From Hydrurus foetidus (Eukaryota): a stretch of DNA of 54,854 nucleotides. The stretch covers positions 1-54,854 of the forward strand of contig UYFQ01000285.1 of assembly GCA_900617105.1 (NCBI GenBank), written 5' to 3'. The translations under genes and the position numbers were made by a program. Under the pieces are notes generated by a model. It saw nothing but the letters and a program-made list of their open reading frames with translations, did not search any database and was not told the origin of the DNA. Positions 23,862 to 35,010 of this stretch are shown piece by piece (position 1 is the first letter of the stretch; each line of letters opens with the position of its first letter).

Positions 23862-25676
23862 CTAATTTGATTTCATTGGAGGGTAGAAGGTTTTCCCATG
23901 TAAGGGTTCGAATTTATTGGAACTCTGATGTGTCGTGAGCCCTTTGCGGTAATCAGGACGAGGTTGTGTATTTGAGGTTTGGGACCATGGTGGTAGCTGA
24001 CCATGAGCAGCAATCTCTCGTCTGCTGAGCAGATTAAAGGAAGCCAGACAACGCTCCTGAGCTGCCGTTGAATGATCGTTCGTGCAATTCTTTGACTGGG
24101 AGCATTTTCCGAATACAAACAGCTCACAGCAATAACCACGAAAAGTAGCCGCAATAGCAGCACGTGAGGGATTGGTGGTAGTGAGCACAGCTAACGAAGG
24201 TTCGTCTGGGGAGGATGGATTGCGTTCATTAATTAAATCAGTAGAATTCTGATGGCTGTTGTAGACGGAGTAGTCAGAGTCATCTATGTCGTCATAATCA
24301 TAGTCTTCGTCAATTTTGTTATGACCAGTATCATCATGATTGTCTTGGTGATCCATGTTTGTGTCGGCTGAGGAGGCAAGCGCGGAAAAGTTGGTACGAA
24401 AATGATGACGGGTCTTCGAGATCTCAGCAACACGTTGATGAGATGGATTTAAGGCTGGTATTTGATGTCTGCTGTGAGACTCTCCTTGAGTGGAACGCAA
24501 TTCATTCCAACGCATAGGCGTTAATTGGGAATCAAAATCTTGCCGGGCTTCACTGTTAGAACGTCCTTCCATGAGTTTGAAACGGACGAACTTGACAGCC
24601 GACTCAAGCGTTTTATGCTTGCTTAAATCATCTTTGCCTAGCCATTGTAGGATTGAATCTTTTTGACTTCCGAGTGATATAATCCAGAGTGAGATATGGC
24701 CAGGGCTATCTTTTGTACCATAGGTACCAACGGGCATTTTGGCAGCGTTGTTGCTGAGCTTAGATGTCTCCTCAGATAGGAGGTTGTACAGACTGAGCAA
24801 ATCATTGAGAGATCTCATGAGCGGGCCGTAGAATATTTTCGAGAAATTCTCGGTGTTGATGTCGGGGCTTTGTGGAATTCCTTTGCCAAGGAATAGAATG
24901 AGTTCCCGCGAATACAACTCCTTTGTGCGTGGTCTCGACGCTTCGATTAGAATCTGTTGAACAGATGGATTTGTGAAGGAAAGCCAGTCTTCAACCATTA
25001 CTTCTTCATACTCACGACCATCCACTTGTGACTGTCGGAAACGGAAGGAGTTCCAGTTGGCTACGACATGAGGCCTTAAGTTGTAAGCTACCATGTGAGC
25101 CATCTTGATGTCGCGACCAGGATACTTTGAAGCTAGTAGCTGCATCTGTTTTGCAAGGTATTGAAGTCCTTCTAGTGAGGAAACTTTCAATTCCTTATCG
25201 TAGACGATATCATTTTGCAATATCTGGATGCGTGGTTGTTGGGAGGAGGTTTGCTTATCATCTGGAGACAATGATTGCCCAAAGAAGATGGTGGAACGTC
25301 GGTCGCTTTTCGAACGATCCGCAACAGGTGTCTCAATATCACCAAGAGAGTATGGACTTTCATCGCCAGGCTTCATTGATAACGAAGCGATGGCTGCACG
25401 CAACTCTGTGATGTCTTCTCTGTTGGATTCTTGATTTCTGACACTCTGCTGACAGAATTGCGTAACCATGGCGCGGAATTCGGCATCGTCGTCATTCTTT
25501 CGAATAATTGGAGTTTCATCTTTAGTAGTAGGCTTGCCAGGATCCAACTTCGGCGAGTTCTTCGGAACAATAGGAACTTCTTTCGACATGGATTTCTGCT
25601 TCGAAGAAGAGAAGGATATTTTTTGTACAAATGTTTTTTTGCTTCGTGAAATGTCACTGAAGGAGTTGAATCTCAC
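23862..25676 (-). CDS. gag: Gag of gypsy B, with a C-terminal CCCH-type zinc finger
   Basis: 604-aa ORF directly after the 5' LTR and leader; motif CCELFVFGKCSQSKNCTNDH. Confidence 0.85.
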   Translation of the reverse strand: MRFNSFSDISRSKKTFVQKISFSSSKQKSMSKEVPIVPKNSPKLDPGKPTTKDETPIIRKNDDDAEFRAMVTQFCQQSVRNQESNREDITELRAAIASLSMKPGDESPYSLGDIETPVADRSKSDRRSTIFFGQSLSPDDKQTSSQQPRIQILQNDIVYDKELKVSSLEGLQYLAKQMQLLASKYPGRDIKMAHMVAYNLRPHVVANWNSFRFRQSQVDGREYEEVMVEDWLSFTNPSVQQILIEASRPRTKELYSRELILFLGKGIPQSPDINTENFSKIFYGPLMRSLNDLLSLYNLLSEETSKLSNNAAKMPVGTYGTKDSPGHISLWIISLGSQKDSILQWLGKDDLSKHKTLESAVKFVRFKLMEGRSNSEARQDFDSQLTPMRWNELRSTQGESHSRHQIPALNPSHQRVAEISKTRHHFRTNFSALASSADTNMDHQDNHDDTGHNKIDEDYDYDDIDDSDYSVYNSHQNSTDLINERNPSSPDEPSLAVLTTTNPSRAAIAATFRGYCCELFVFGKCSQSKNCTNDHSTAAQERCLASFNLLSRREIAAHGQLPPWSQTSNTQPRPDYRKGLTTHQSSNKFEPLHGKTFYPPMKSN

Positions 25677-25787
25677 CCGAACAGAATCAGCTCTTGTTTG
25701 GCCAGATTCGCAAACTACGACCGTCGTCTGGCTTGAAGAGTCTTATTCTGAACTCGAGATTTGTCTGGTCGTTCTTGTGTAAACGAG

Positions 25788-25799
25788 AAAAGTACTTTT
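25788..25799 (-). promoter_or_regulatory. 12-bp palindrome at the PBS position of gypsy B (AAAAGTACTTTT)
   Basis: Perfect palindrome overlapping the last LTR base; the LTR boundary is fixed by LTR-LTR comparison and the TSD. Confidence 0.85.
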
Positions 25800-26689
25800 A
25801 TGCTGTCCACGTAGCTTACAGAAGCTAAAACGAGAGGACGGGTTTCTTGGATCAACTGCAAGGGCTGTTGATCAGTTTGCGAGAACTGCAAACTAGGATG
25901 AGCGGCTAACGGCCACAGATCGTTCAGCAACAAGAGAGTCGCTGGACAGGATGTTTGGCTAAAAGAAGCCGGTTTGGGTTTGGTGTTTTGTTTAAAGATT
26001 TAAAGATGTGAGAGGTGTATCGAAGAAGCTGACTACGAGAGTTACAAGTTGAAGTATTCGAGAAACCAAAAACTGGTACCGAAAAGCTGGTACCGAAAAA
26101 CCTGTGGCTGCAAGCAATGTGTACTATGTACGTACATACATGTAACGTACGTGTGAGAATGCAATATAGTGGAAACTATGAAATAGTGGAAGCTATAACA
26201 TGTGAACGCCAAGTCACTTTCTTACCCTCTTGCACCTGAATTCTTATCGCCGTCCAACAGAACATAATGAATTGCTGCCCAATTTCGAATCACAGGTTTC
26301 AGCGTGGACTGCCTTCCCTGTATGAGAGGATGGAGTATCTGATATGCCTCTATATCAACGCGGGATATAAATCTGGGCGACGTGAGTACCTTTCTCATGC
26401 GTGCTAGCAAAACTTACCTGGCGAAATGGCACTAATCGCTGATTACTTTTGACAACCAGGTCTCACTGTGAGAGCCTTATTGTTTGAAATGTGAAGGAGC
26501 CGCAGGCGCATTTGGAATCGACGGCGTACTATAAAGTGGACATTGTGAGTGAGATGAATATTTTTCTTGAATTCAGTTACGCTCTCAATATTTCTCCTAA
26601 ATTCAACTGCACTAACTCCTATTTTAATGGCAGGAGGAAAATAAATAATTTTATAAAAGCGTTAAGTAATTTATTTTTCATCTAAACGA

Positions 26690-27410
26690 AGAGTATCGTT
26701 TCTTAGTTGCAAGTTGATTTCGTAGTGCACCTGGAGAGTCAGAGGTCAGGGCATCGTAGTACAAAATTTAAAAATAAATAAATTTGATTAAGAGTATTTA
26801 AAAAACGTTTCCTAGTTGCAAGCTGCTTTCAAAGCACGCCTCGAGAGTCAGAGGTCAGGGCATCGAAGTACAAAATTTAAAAATAAATAAATTTGATTAA
26901 GAGTATTTAAAAAACGTTTCCTAGTTGCAAGCTGCTTTCAAAGCACACCTCGAGAGTCAGAGGTCAGGGCATCGAAGTACAAAATTTAAAAATAAATAAA
27001 TTTGATTAAGAGTATTTAAAAAACGTTTCCTAGTTGCAAGCTGCTTTCAAAGCACACCTCGAGAGTCAGAGGTCAGGGCATCGAAGTACAAAATTTAAAA
27101 AAAAAATCAATTTGATTAAGAGTATTTAAAAAACGTTTCTTAGTTGCAAGCTGCTTTCAAAACACACCTCGAGAGTCAGAGGTCAGGGCATCGAAGTACA
27201 AAATTGGAGAAAAAAATTAGGGCTAATTTGATAAAGAGTATTCAAAAAAACGTTTTCAAGTTGCAAGTGGATTTTGGAGTATATTTGGAGAGGTTAGGGC
27301 ATTGGAATTAGAATAGTTTGAAAAAATAAAAAAATAATAAAAAATCAATAGTATCTTAAAAAACGTTTCTAAGTTGCTAGTGGATTTCGGAGTATATCGG
27401 GAGAGGACAG
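26690..27410. repeat. Tandem array of about 109-bp units (about 6-7 copies, degenerate at the edges)
   Basis: GAGAGTCAGAGGTCAGGGCATCG recurs at 26734, 26843, 26952, 27061 and 27171. Confidence 0.92.
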
Positions 27411-27415
27411 GTCGG

Positions 27416-27615
27416 TCCTAGTGGAGTACAAGTTACAAAAACGAAAATCGAAAGAAATCCCGTTTTGGTTTTTGTCAGGTACGAAACAGGAAAAAAAGAC
27501 AGAATTCGGCGTGAATTTTGTCTTTTTCTCCTGTTTCGTACCTGACAAAAACCAAAACAGGATTTCTTTCGATTTTTTTCGATTTTCGTTTTTGTAATTT
27601 GTACCACCACTAGGA
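27416..27615. mobile_element. Fold-back MITE inserted in the tandem array
   Basis: Near-complete palindrome TCCTAGTGGAGTACAAG...ATTTGTACCACCACTAGGA; a degenerate array unit resumes afterwards. Confidence 0.78.
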
Positions 27616-30215
27616 ACAACCTTAGGGCATCGGAATTAAAATTATTTGAAAAAAAGAGTATTGACAAAAACGTTTGGACTTCAAAGTAAATCAGGAGAGG
27701 TACATTATATTTCGTATTATGTATTTCGTGTTTCGTATTTTTATTTTTTTATGTATGCATCCATAACATTCTTCTGACTTTTCAGGTCAATTTGACTTCT
27801 ACTTTTTTTACTACTCGCAGTTTTGATAGAGGAAGGCTTGTTAGCTGAATTAATAGACAGCGTACTAAAGGGTGGTGCGTATGACGATGGATCGTGTAAT
27901 GTTGTGATGGATTTGGGTTGATCATTAATAGGCGTGCTTGAAGATGAAGTGCCACATGAAATTGTAGTTTTTGGTTTCGAGAGAATCGTAGTTGTAAAAC
28001 TGGCTACTGTAGATGATCTTCTTTTTTCATTCTCTTTCACTTTCTTTATTTTGTTTATTTCTGCTAATCTGCCTTCTACTCCATTTACTGACATGTGCTT
28101 GCGTCTTAGTTTTGTCTCATCACGTAATGGAAAATATGTATCTTCATCTCTTTCTAGTGTTTTCTCAAGTCTTCTCTCTATTTCTATTGTCTTGTCACGT
28201 AAATTTGTGTTCCATACATCATACTCAGGGGAAGATGAATCTGGTATGGATGAATTAAGAACTCGCATATCCTCATCTGTACAGTGCTTCATGATGAAAG
28301 GTAAAATGGTGTTCACTATGCGACTTTTATCCTGAGTAGATGATGTCCTAGTTTCCACAATCCATGATGCTTCACAGATAAGATTGTAATAGTATCTAGA
28401 ATACAGAATAGATCGTAGGTACAACCCCTTCATTGTGAAAATTCTGAGAGGAGTCACACCTGGCTGAAGTGACGCCAATGCAGTGCTTGATTGTGTCTCT
28501 CCCACCACACTCTCCTGCACAGCAATTGATATTTGAGTCTTCACATCCTCTTCAAGTGGAAGTTGCTCCTTTTGACATCATGTTGAACACGTTGTAAATA
28601 TAGTGATGATTATTTAATGATTATTTTGGCATACAAGAGCTCTTTTTAGCTTACCTCTATTTTTTTATGGCGTTCCTCCAAGGTGTTATCTTATATCTTC
28701 AAATAATCCTTCAAATTTGTCTACGGTGTTCCTCAGTGTGTTAATTTCTTGTCTAATTATTTTGATTTTTCTCATTTGCTGAATATTTGATTTTTGTAGT
28801 TCTATATTATTGTTGATAATTGCGTCCATTAAAGCTCTATTTTCATCATTATTAGACTGCAGTTTTGCATTTCGCAATTGCCAATCAAATCTAATAATAT
28901 CTCCCCATTCTTCTAGCACTATTTCGCTGACTGAAAATTCGCGTGCTGATCTAATCATATTCAGATTTATTATATGCGTCTGTCCAAATTTATTCAACAT
29001 GCTCGAATGATACACTAGTATGCTTGCGAACATGCATTCTAGCAAGGGGCGTAATTTGCTAACGACCTCAAAAAAATCCTCTCGCACATGAAATAAATGA
29101 TTCACATAATTATTAATCAGCTGATTGTTTGTTTCATTGATAATTAATTTCAAATTAGGCGTTACCGGCACTTTTATGTTAGTACTGTCAGAATAGTAGT
29201 AAGATGGATATCCTGACAATGCCATCGCAGCTGACATTTTGAAAAAACAATATCAAAATTAATGTATTAAAATATAATCGAAGCCGAAAATGAAAATATC
29301 TTATTTGGCTTCAAGAGTCGTACCTGGCAATGCCGACATCGGTGTGGTGATGACATATTCCCATGACGCTGAGTGACCTGTCATGTCATGGCCTCCATGC
29401 GTGATAACCGCATAAGGTGACACATTCCTCGCAGCTGCTTCGTTAATAGAGCCGACTCTCAGAGAGTTACCACTTACATCCGCAGGTAATGACGGTGTGA
29501 GTCAGACTGTGGAGTGAAGCGAGCTACCTGTTGGCTGCGGAAGCGCAAAGGAAAGACTGGCTGATGGAAGTGGTCTCGGAAGACGTGTTTACTTACAACG
29601 ATCAAGTAGTAAAACAACTGGCGATGATATCAGAGAAGACAACCATCAAAGAAGCAAAGCAAAGCATCCATTGTGCATGAAATGGTGATCGCCGAAGTGG
29701 AAACATATTCAGCGAATATTCAAGTTGGCGATTGAGCAATGGGCGGAACCCTCGCTGCTCATGAAATCGGATGCTTGGTGGAAACCGGATACCTGGTGGG
29801 AATCCGGATGCTTGGTGGTGAAAAACCGGATGCTTGGTGATGGCCCCGAAGGGGGATATCGCTAGAAGAACGATGAGCGTATGTACACAACAGTGTATGG
29901 CGGTGTTTTGGGTGAGGAAGCGCTACACTACTTGTGACATGTGAATGCTAATCTACAGATGAAACTATGCTAACAGATCATGCATGAATATGCTGGACTG
30001 ACACTCCCCGTAGTGAAGATGTAGCTGAACGTGTTATTGAGAGTATCGAAATGAATGATATGTGTATAAATACTCCCCGTACTGAGGATGTACTCCCCGG
30101 ACGAGAGATTTGGCAAAAAGGGTGTAAAAAAAAATTAGTTATAATATATGCGTGCACTCATATAAGATAGTAAAATTAGTACGTATGTTAGAAATATGAA
30201 TATTAAGTATTTATG

Positions 30216-33065
30216 TTATTTAATATTAGTTCGTAAAGACTTGTCAACGAGCCTGTGCGTTAGGTATTCGAAAAGTGGTAGTGGAACTCTTTTCGTACCT
30301 ATGTCTGAGTTGTTTTCGCCCGAAGGGATTTTAACAATGACACAGGTACCATCGGCGACTTTGTCCTTAAAGTAGTTTTCGCTCAGGTCAATGTGACGAA
30401 GGTTCTTGGTCATGTGTGTATGATTTGAAGCATCAACACAAGCAGAATTGTCTTCTTCGATGACTGTAGGAGCTTGTGTCCATCCCATGTGGTTTAGTAT
30501 GCCCCGGAGGGGAATGACATCGGATTTTAGTGCGTGATTAACTGCCTTGATTTCGGATTCCGCAGTTGATGATGAGATGCTGCCTTGGTCGGTACTCTTC
30601 CAGCAGATGACATTGTCGGCGAGGTAGCCAATGTAGGAGGTCTGGGAGTGACGGTTGTCTTTGTTACCGGCGAGGTCGGCGTCGCATTGGAACTTCAACT
30701 GCAGTAGACTGGTCATCGTAGCGATGTCGGTGGGACCGTCGTGTGTGGTGAATTTCAGTCTATCCATCTTGGCGTACTTGACATATCGAAGTAAGTGCTT
30801 AAGAAACTTGATGTGTCGTGCACCTGGACTGTTACTATATCGTGATAGTATGTTGAGAGCGTACATGATTGTGATCAATGTGTGTACCATTCCGTACATA
30901 AGTTGACCAACTACCCGTCGGTAGGGATACTTATTATACATGTGCCTATCGAGATCGGTAGAGTTGTCCGCCTTGGACAGACTCTCACCAGAAGGTGGAT
31001 ATGGTAGATGCTCATCGGCGGCGCCAGCAAGGTTGGCCTCCGATACGATGGATGTGATCATACGTGATTGATCCATGTAGTAGTTGAAGTTTTCATCGCA
31101 TGTAATGCGGATGCCGACGAACTCTTTGGAGGTCGCGTCGGTGACTTCATACTTGTGGGAGTTGAATGTAGCGATGAGGAGATCCCATTCGCTTATGAGT
31201 GCAAGTGGTCCGAACCACCTGAAGTCGTCTGAGTGTGCTATCAGTATCAGGGGTTGACCTTGGACCCACTTAAAGAAGAACTTTAAGTCCCACGGTGTGT
31301 TTTCGTATCCACATTCGCGTACACATTTGTCGAATTCCTTTGAGAAATTCTGGCCAGCTGGTGGAAAACCGTAGAGGTTGCCAATGGCTTGAAAGCATGT
31401 GCCAAAAGGTGTGGTGTAACCTTGAGGTGTCTTGATGTGAACGGGAAAGTCGGGGTTAGCGAGTGTGATTAAGTAGGCGCCTACTAAATCTCCTCCCCGC
31501 ATGGATAATTTGTAGGTTGCGGCGATGACGAGTGCAATCTTGATCGATGACGCATTGACATTACCGCAGTATACTGCGTAGGGGTCGAAGTCGACCCAGG
31601 GTATCATGAGATCACCACGACCTACGAGGCGGGCCTTCTTGGTGCCGTCAGTCTTGATACTGAAGAGCCACATCATTGGTACGAGGTGCTGTCCGGTGAA
31701 GGGAACAGACCGGAAGCAGTTGTTGACTTCAAACTTAGTTCGCTCAGTGTTGATGGCCTGTTCCCACTCTGGGTACTGCATTGCGGTCCAGAAGTCTTTG
31801 GGGATGTAGGGATCCTTGATTTGGACTGCTATGTTGTAGTGCAGGACACGGAAGAGGTGAACAGGAAAGCATGTGGAAGAACTGGTGTAAGTGGACCAGT
31901 ATATCATGTCATCGTTGACTGAGTGCTCTGTCTCAGCGACAGGGGTTATATAGTCGGGGTTGATAAGGGGTGCAGGTGAGGGGAGGCCGGGTAGGTCGAC
32001 TCGCTCAGGCACCACAATAGGGTCATTATTATTATCAGTATAGTAGAGGGACGGGATGAGGGCGAAGGCCTCGTCGGTAGGGAAGTGTGCATCGGAGTCA
32101 TGCTTGAAGTTGTTGTGCATGTCGAAGATGACATCCTTACTGACTCGAACAGTACCGTAGGTGTTCTTGGGTAGTATTTCTAATACTAAATATTGTGGTA
32201 CTAGTATAGATGTAAAACAATAACCAACGAACCGAGCACGGTAGGCACGAGGTGACCCAACTTTACTTTTCTGATCTTTGGGTGCGTGCTTGACATAGCA
32301 GGGTGCCCAGAATGGTCGAAGCATCCTGATGTCCACGTGTTGCCCAGAAGTGAAGTGATACGGAGAAGTACCAATACGCTTGTTAAGGTTAAAGGAATGA
32401 GTAACACATGCATAGGACATTGCAAGGTCCCAGAACTTCATTGGCACATGCGGAACAGGGGTTATCATGGCAACGTTGGTCTTGAGAGCTACAATGCCGA
32501 CTGCTCGCTCAGCGATGCCGTTGGCATGTTTGTCACGAGGTGCAGTGTGCTCAAGTCGGTATCGGTATCGGGCGCAAAGCGCAGTAAATTCTTCAGATCG
32601 GTAGTTGGCCTCTGGGTCATGCCGGATGAAGCGATCAACCCCAGGGGTATTGTGGTTCCATTGGGGGGTTAGGTCGAAGAAGGCTGCAATGCGGGCACAG
32701 AGTTCAGAGGCGGACCGGTCTTTTGTATATACAGGATAGTATTGTCCCGACGCGAGGTCGGTGAGGATGTGAGTGTAACGGTAGTTACGGAATGATGGAG
32801 TCGAGTGGGTATAGGCATCCAAGGAGAACTGCTGGCCGACGAGGGTAGTGGTGTCTCTGTGAATGCGACGATAGTCTGTGGATGCTTGACGCATTGCGCC
32901 ATGGGCGCATCCAGGACAGACCGGACGGGAGGTGTGTGCATCTTTGGTGGTGAAGCGAGCATTGAGGGAATGATCGCGGTGCCATGCCATGCCTGGAAGA
33001 CCGGGGTGGCCTGTGGCTTGATGCACGTGGTCGTACAGTGAAGCGGGAGTATAGTGTGTGACCAA
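30216..33065 (-). CDS. pol: Copia pol (integrase, RT, RNase H)
   Basis: HQATGH...CPGC, ANGIAER, KARLVGRGD, LYGFPPAG, HSDD, CDADLAG, SSTAESE, EDNSAC, ENNSDIGTK. Confidence 0.92.
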   Translation of the reverse strand: MVTHYTPASLYDHVHQATGHPGLPGMAWHRDHSLNARFTTKDAHTSRPVCPGCAHGAMRQASTDYRRIHRDTTTLVGQQFSLDAYTHSTPSFRNYRYTHILTDLASGQYYPVYTKDRSASELCARIAAFFDLTPQWNHNTPGVDRFIRHDPEANYRSEEFTALCARYRYRLEHTAPRDKHANGIAERAVGIVALKTNVAMITPVPHVPMKFWDLAMSYACVTHSFNLNKRIGTSPYHFTSGQHVDIRMLRPFWAPCYVKHAPKDQKSKVGSPRAYRARFVGYCFTSILVPQYLVLEILPKNTYGTVRVSKDVIFDMHNNFKHDSDAHFPTDEAFALIPSLYYTDNNNDPIVVPERVDLPGLPSPAPLINPDYITPVAETEHSVNDDMIYWSTYTSSSTCFPVHLFRVLHYNIAVQIKDPYIPKDFWTAMQYPEWEQAINTERTKFEVNNCFRSVPFTGQHLVPMMWLFSIKTDGTKKARLVGRGDLMIPWVDFDPYAVYCGNVNASSIKIALVIAATYKLSMRGGDLVGAYLITLANPDFPVHIKTPQGYTTPFGTCFQAIGNLYGFPPAGQNFSKEFDKCVRECGYENTPWDLKFFFKWVQGQPLILIAHSDDFRWFGPLALISEWDLLIATFNSHKYEVTDATSKEFVGIRITCDENFNYYMDQSRMITSIVSEANLAGAADEHLPYPPSGESLSKADNSTDLDRHMYNKYPYRRVVGQLMYGMVHTLITIMYALNILSRYSNSPGARHIKFLKHLLRYVKYAKMDRLKFTTHDGPTDIATMTSLLQLKFQCDADLAGNKDNRHSQTSYIGYLADNVICWKSTDQGSISSSTAESEIKAVNHALKSDVIPLRGILNHMGWTQAPTVIEEDNSACVDASNHTHMTKNLRHIDLSENYFKDKVADGTCVIVKIPSGENNSDIGTKRVPLPLFEYLTHRLVDKSLRTNIK

Positions 33066-33781
33066 AAGACTCTCCCGAGTGGTTGGTCAGTAGGGAGTCT
33101 CCACGTAGAGGCCGTCTTGGACGGTTCCACGGGTGACCTCCTTTCCATGCTGAGCTACCAGTGCAATGTAGGGAAGGGCTGATGCAGTCTGACGATCTCC
33201 TGCAGCAAAGGATGCTATGAGGGTTTGAGGAACCGAATCGCAGATTCAGAGAAATAGACTCGGGTGGATGTTCTGTCAGGGCAGGATACGGCGGTGATGG
33301 CTGTCCGGTAGTGTGACTTGGTGGGTTTAACAGGATCAGGTCCGACGAATAAGCTGTTGGGTGTGACATGAAATGCATCGGGTAGAACATGCTGGATTAC
33401 GACTCGAATGGCCTGGATGAATGTCTCGTTCGATCCAGTTCGTGTCATAAGACCGTCAACGTGTGCATCAAGTTCCGTGAGCATGAGTATGCGAGGGGTG
33501 GGAATGTTGTGTCAGGAGTTACCGGGTGAGTTGGCATACCGGGCAAGTTGGACTGTAACGCAGGATGCACAGTCGTAGATAAGTACACTCAAATATTGCC
33601 ATGTGGTCCTGAACTCGTCAGTCATCGAAATTACCGGCTGTGTAAGACAGAAATAAAAGATATTCCTTCAGCAGACCCATAGTGGTAAATATCTTCATCA
33701 AGATGGTGAAAAGTGCAGGCGTACCCTGGAGTGCATATAAAATTCGGGCAGAGTCAGCAGCTCAATGTTAATGCCAACAGG

Positions 33782-35010
33782 TTACGAAACAATCTTGTGG
33801 AATCGGTTCATATACCAGAGGTATGTCGTCTGGATCGATTTTGGTGCTGAGGGGTGGATTGGAATACCAGCCAGCAGAACATGATAGTGCTTGCGTTTGT
33901 TGCCGAGAAGGCAGGTACCAGCGAGGAACTTGCGGCAGGCTTCAGGGGTAGTGGACAAGGCAGCTATCTTGACCGGCTTGTCTTGGAGGAGGGCATACTC
34001 GGAATATACAACAGCTCTCTCCAAAGTTTGGTGATAGGTGAGCATGTTGCTATGGCAGGACATAAAGTAGGATTTCGTGTTGGGGCGGTGGTCGTTCATG
34101 AAGGCGTTGTGAAGGAATTGAAGGCGCTCCTGCTCGGTGCTCGGTCTGGCCTGGGCATACTCGAATTCTGTCATTAACGTTGTAAACCTCACTAAATCCT
34201 CTTGAAAACAAGTAGCCGTGGAGCCCTTGAAGTTTTGTAGAAGCCGCCTAAGTCGGTTGATGTCTGCTTCAGTATGTCCGTAGTAGTGCTTGTGCATACG
34301 TTTATAAATAGCGATACCATCGCGAGAGGTAAAGGCATCGGCACATAGATAATGGGTAGACTCGCTGAAAGCGTTCAACATGACGTTGTAGAGACGTTTC
34401 TTGTCGTGGGCCCATCGTGTAACATCGTCGGCAGGTACATAATTGAAGGTGCCGTCAAGATTCTCCGACGTTGTAGGCTCCGAGTATCCTGATGGGTTGT
34501 GCCTCGTTGGGATTGGCTCGCGACGCGTGCCCATCGCCATTGGGTAGAGTCCAACGACGTGGAGCATGTTGTCGAGAGCTTTGAAGCGCTTGTTAGATCC
34601 CACAGTCGTTGTGGTGATCTGGTTTTGCTTGATGCTATCCATTTCGGAAGAGGTCGTCAGAACGAGATCGAGTTTTAGCCGTTTGAGCTCCAAAACGGAT
34701 TCCAACGCGGCATTATATGAAAGCCCACTTGCTGAAACTTCTGCCGAAGTTTGGCGCGGTGGCGTGGCTTCCTCTGCATGGGAGCCTCGTCGAGGTCGGT
34801 TTGGTGTCGAGAGATTTTGACGATTTGCCGTCGAGCTGGTGACCAAATTTTGAGTTTGGGCTCTTATGGCCTCGGCGACACGTTGATCGAACTCTGCGAG
34901 GGTCATGGAGAGCATGCGCGGCAGCTGGGCGCGGCTGGGAGTCTCTAGCCCAGTTGGGTCATGGTATTCCTCGTTGTTTTGGTCTGTGTTGTCGGACGAT
35001 CGTAGCATCA
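33782..35010 (-). CDS. gag: Copia gag with a degenerate CCCH finger
   Basis: ORF follows the PBS; DGIAIYKRMHKHYYG copia-gag-like helix; CRKFLAGTCLLGNKRKHYH. Confidence 0.75.

Larger units (their letters stand above)
19008..26200 (-). mobile_element. Full-length, young Ty3/gypsy chromodomain-bearing LTR retrotransposon B
   Basis: 402-bp LTRs at 19008-19409 and 25799-26200 (3 differences seen), 4-bp TSD TGTG, polypurine tract AAAGGGGTGG next to the 3' LTR, and uninterrupted gag and pol ORFs. Confidence 0.96.

Noticed and set aside
25799..26200. Tf1-type self-priming partner sequence within the gypsy B LTR
   Set aside because: No 10-12 nt match to the PBS-position sequence was found by eye in the LTR.
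26690..27410. CRISPR array
   Set aside because: Whole units repeat with no unique spacers, there are no cas genes, and the context is eukaryotic.
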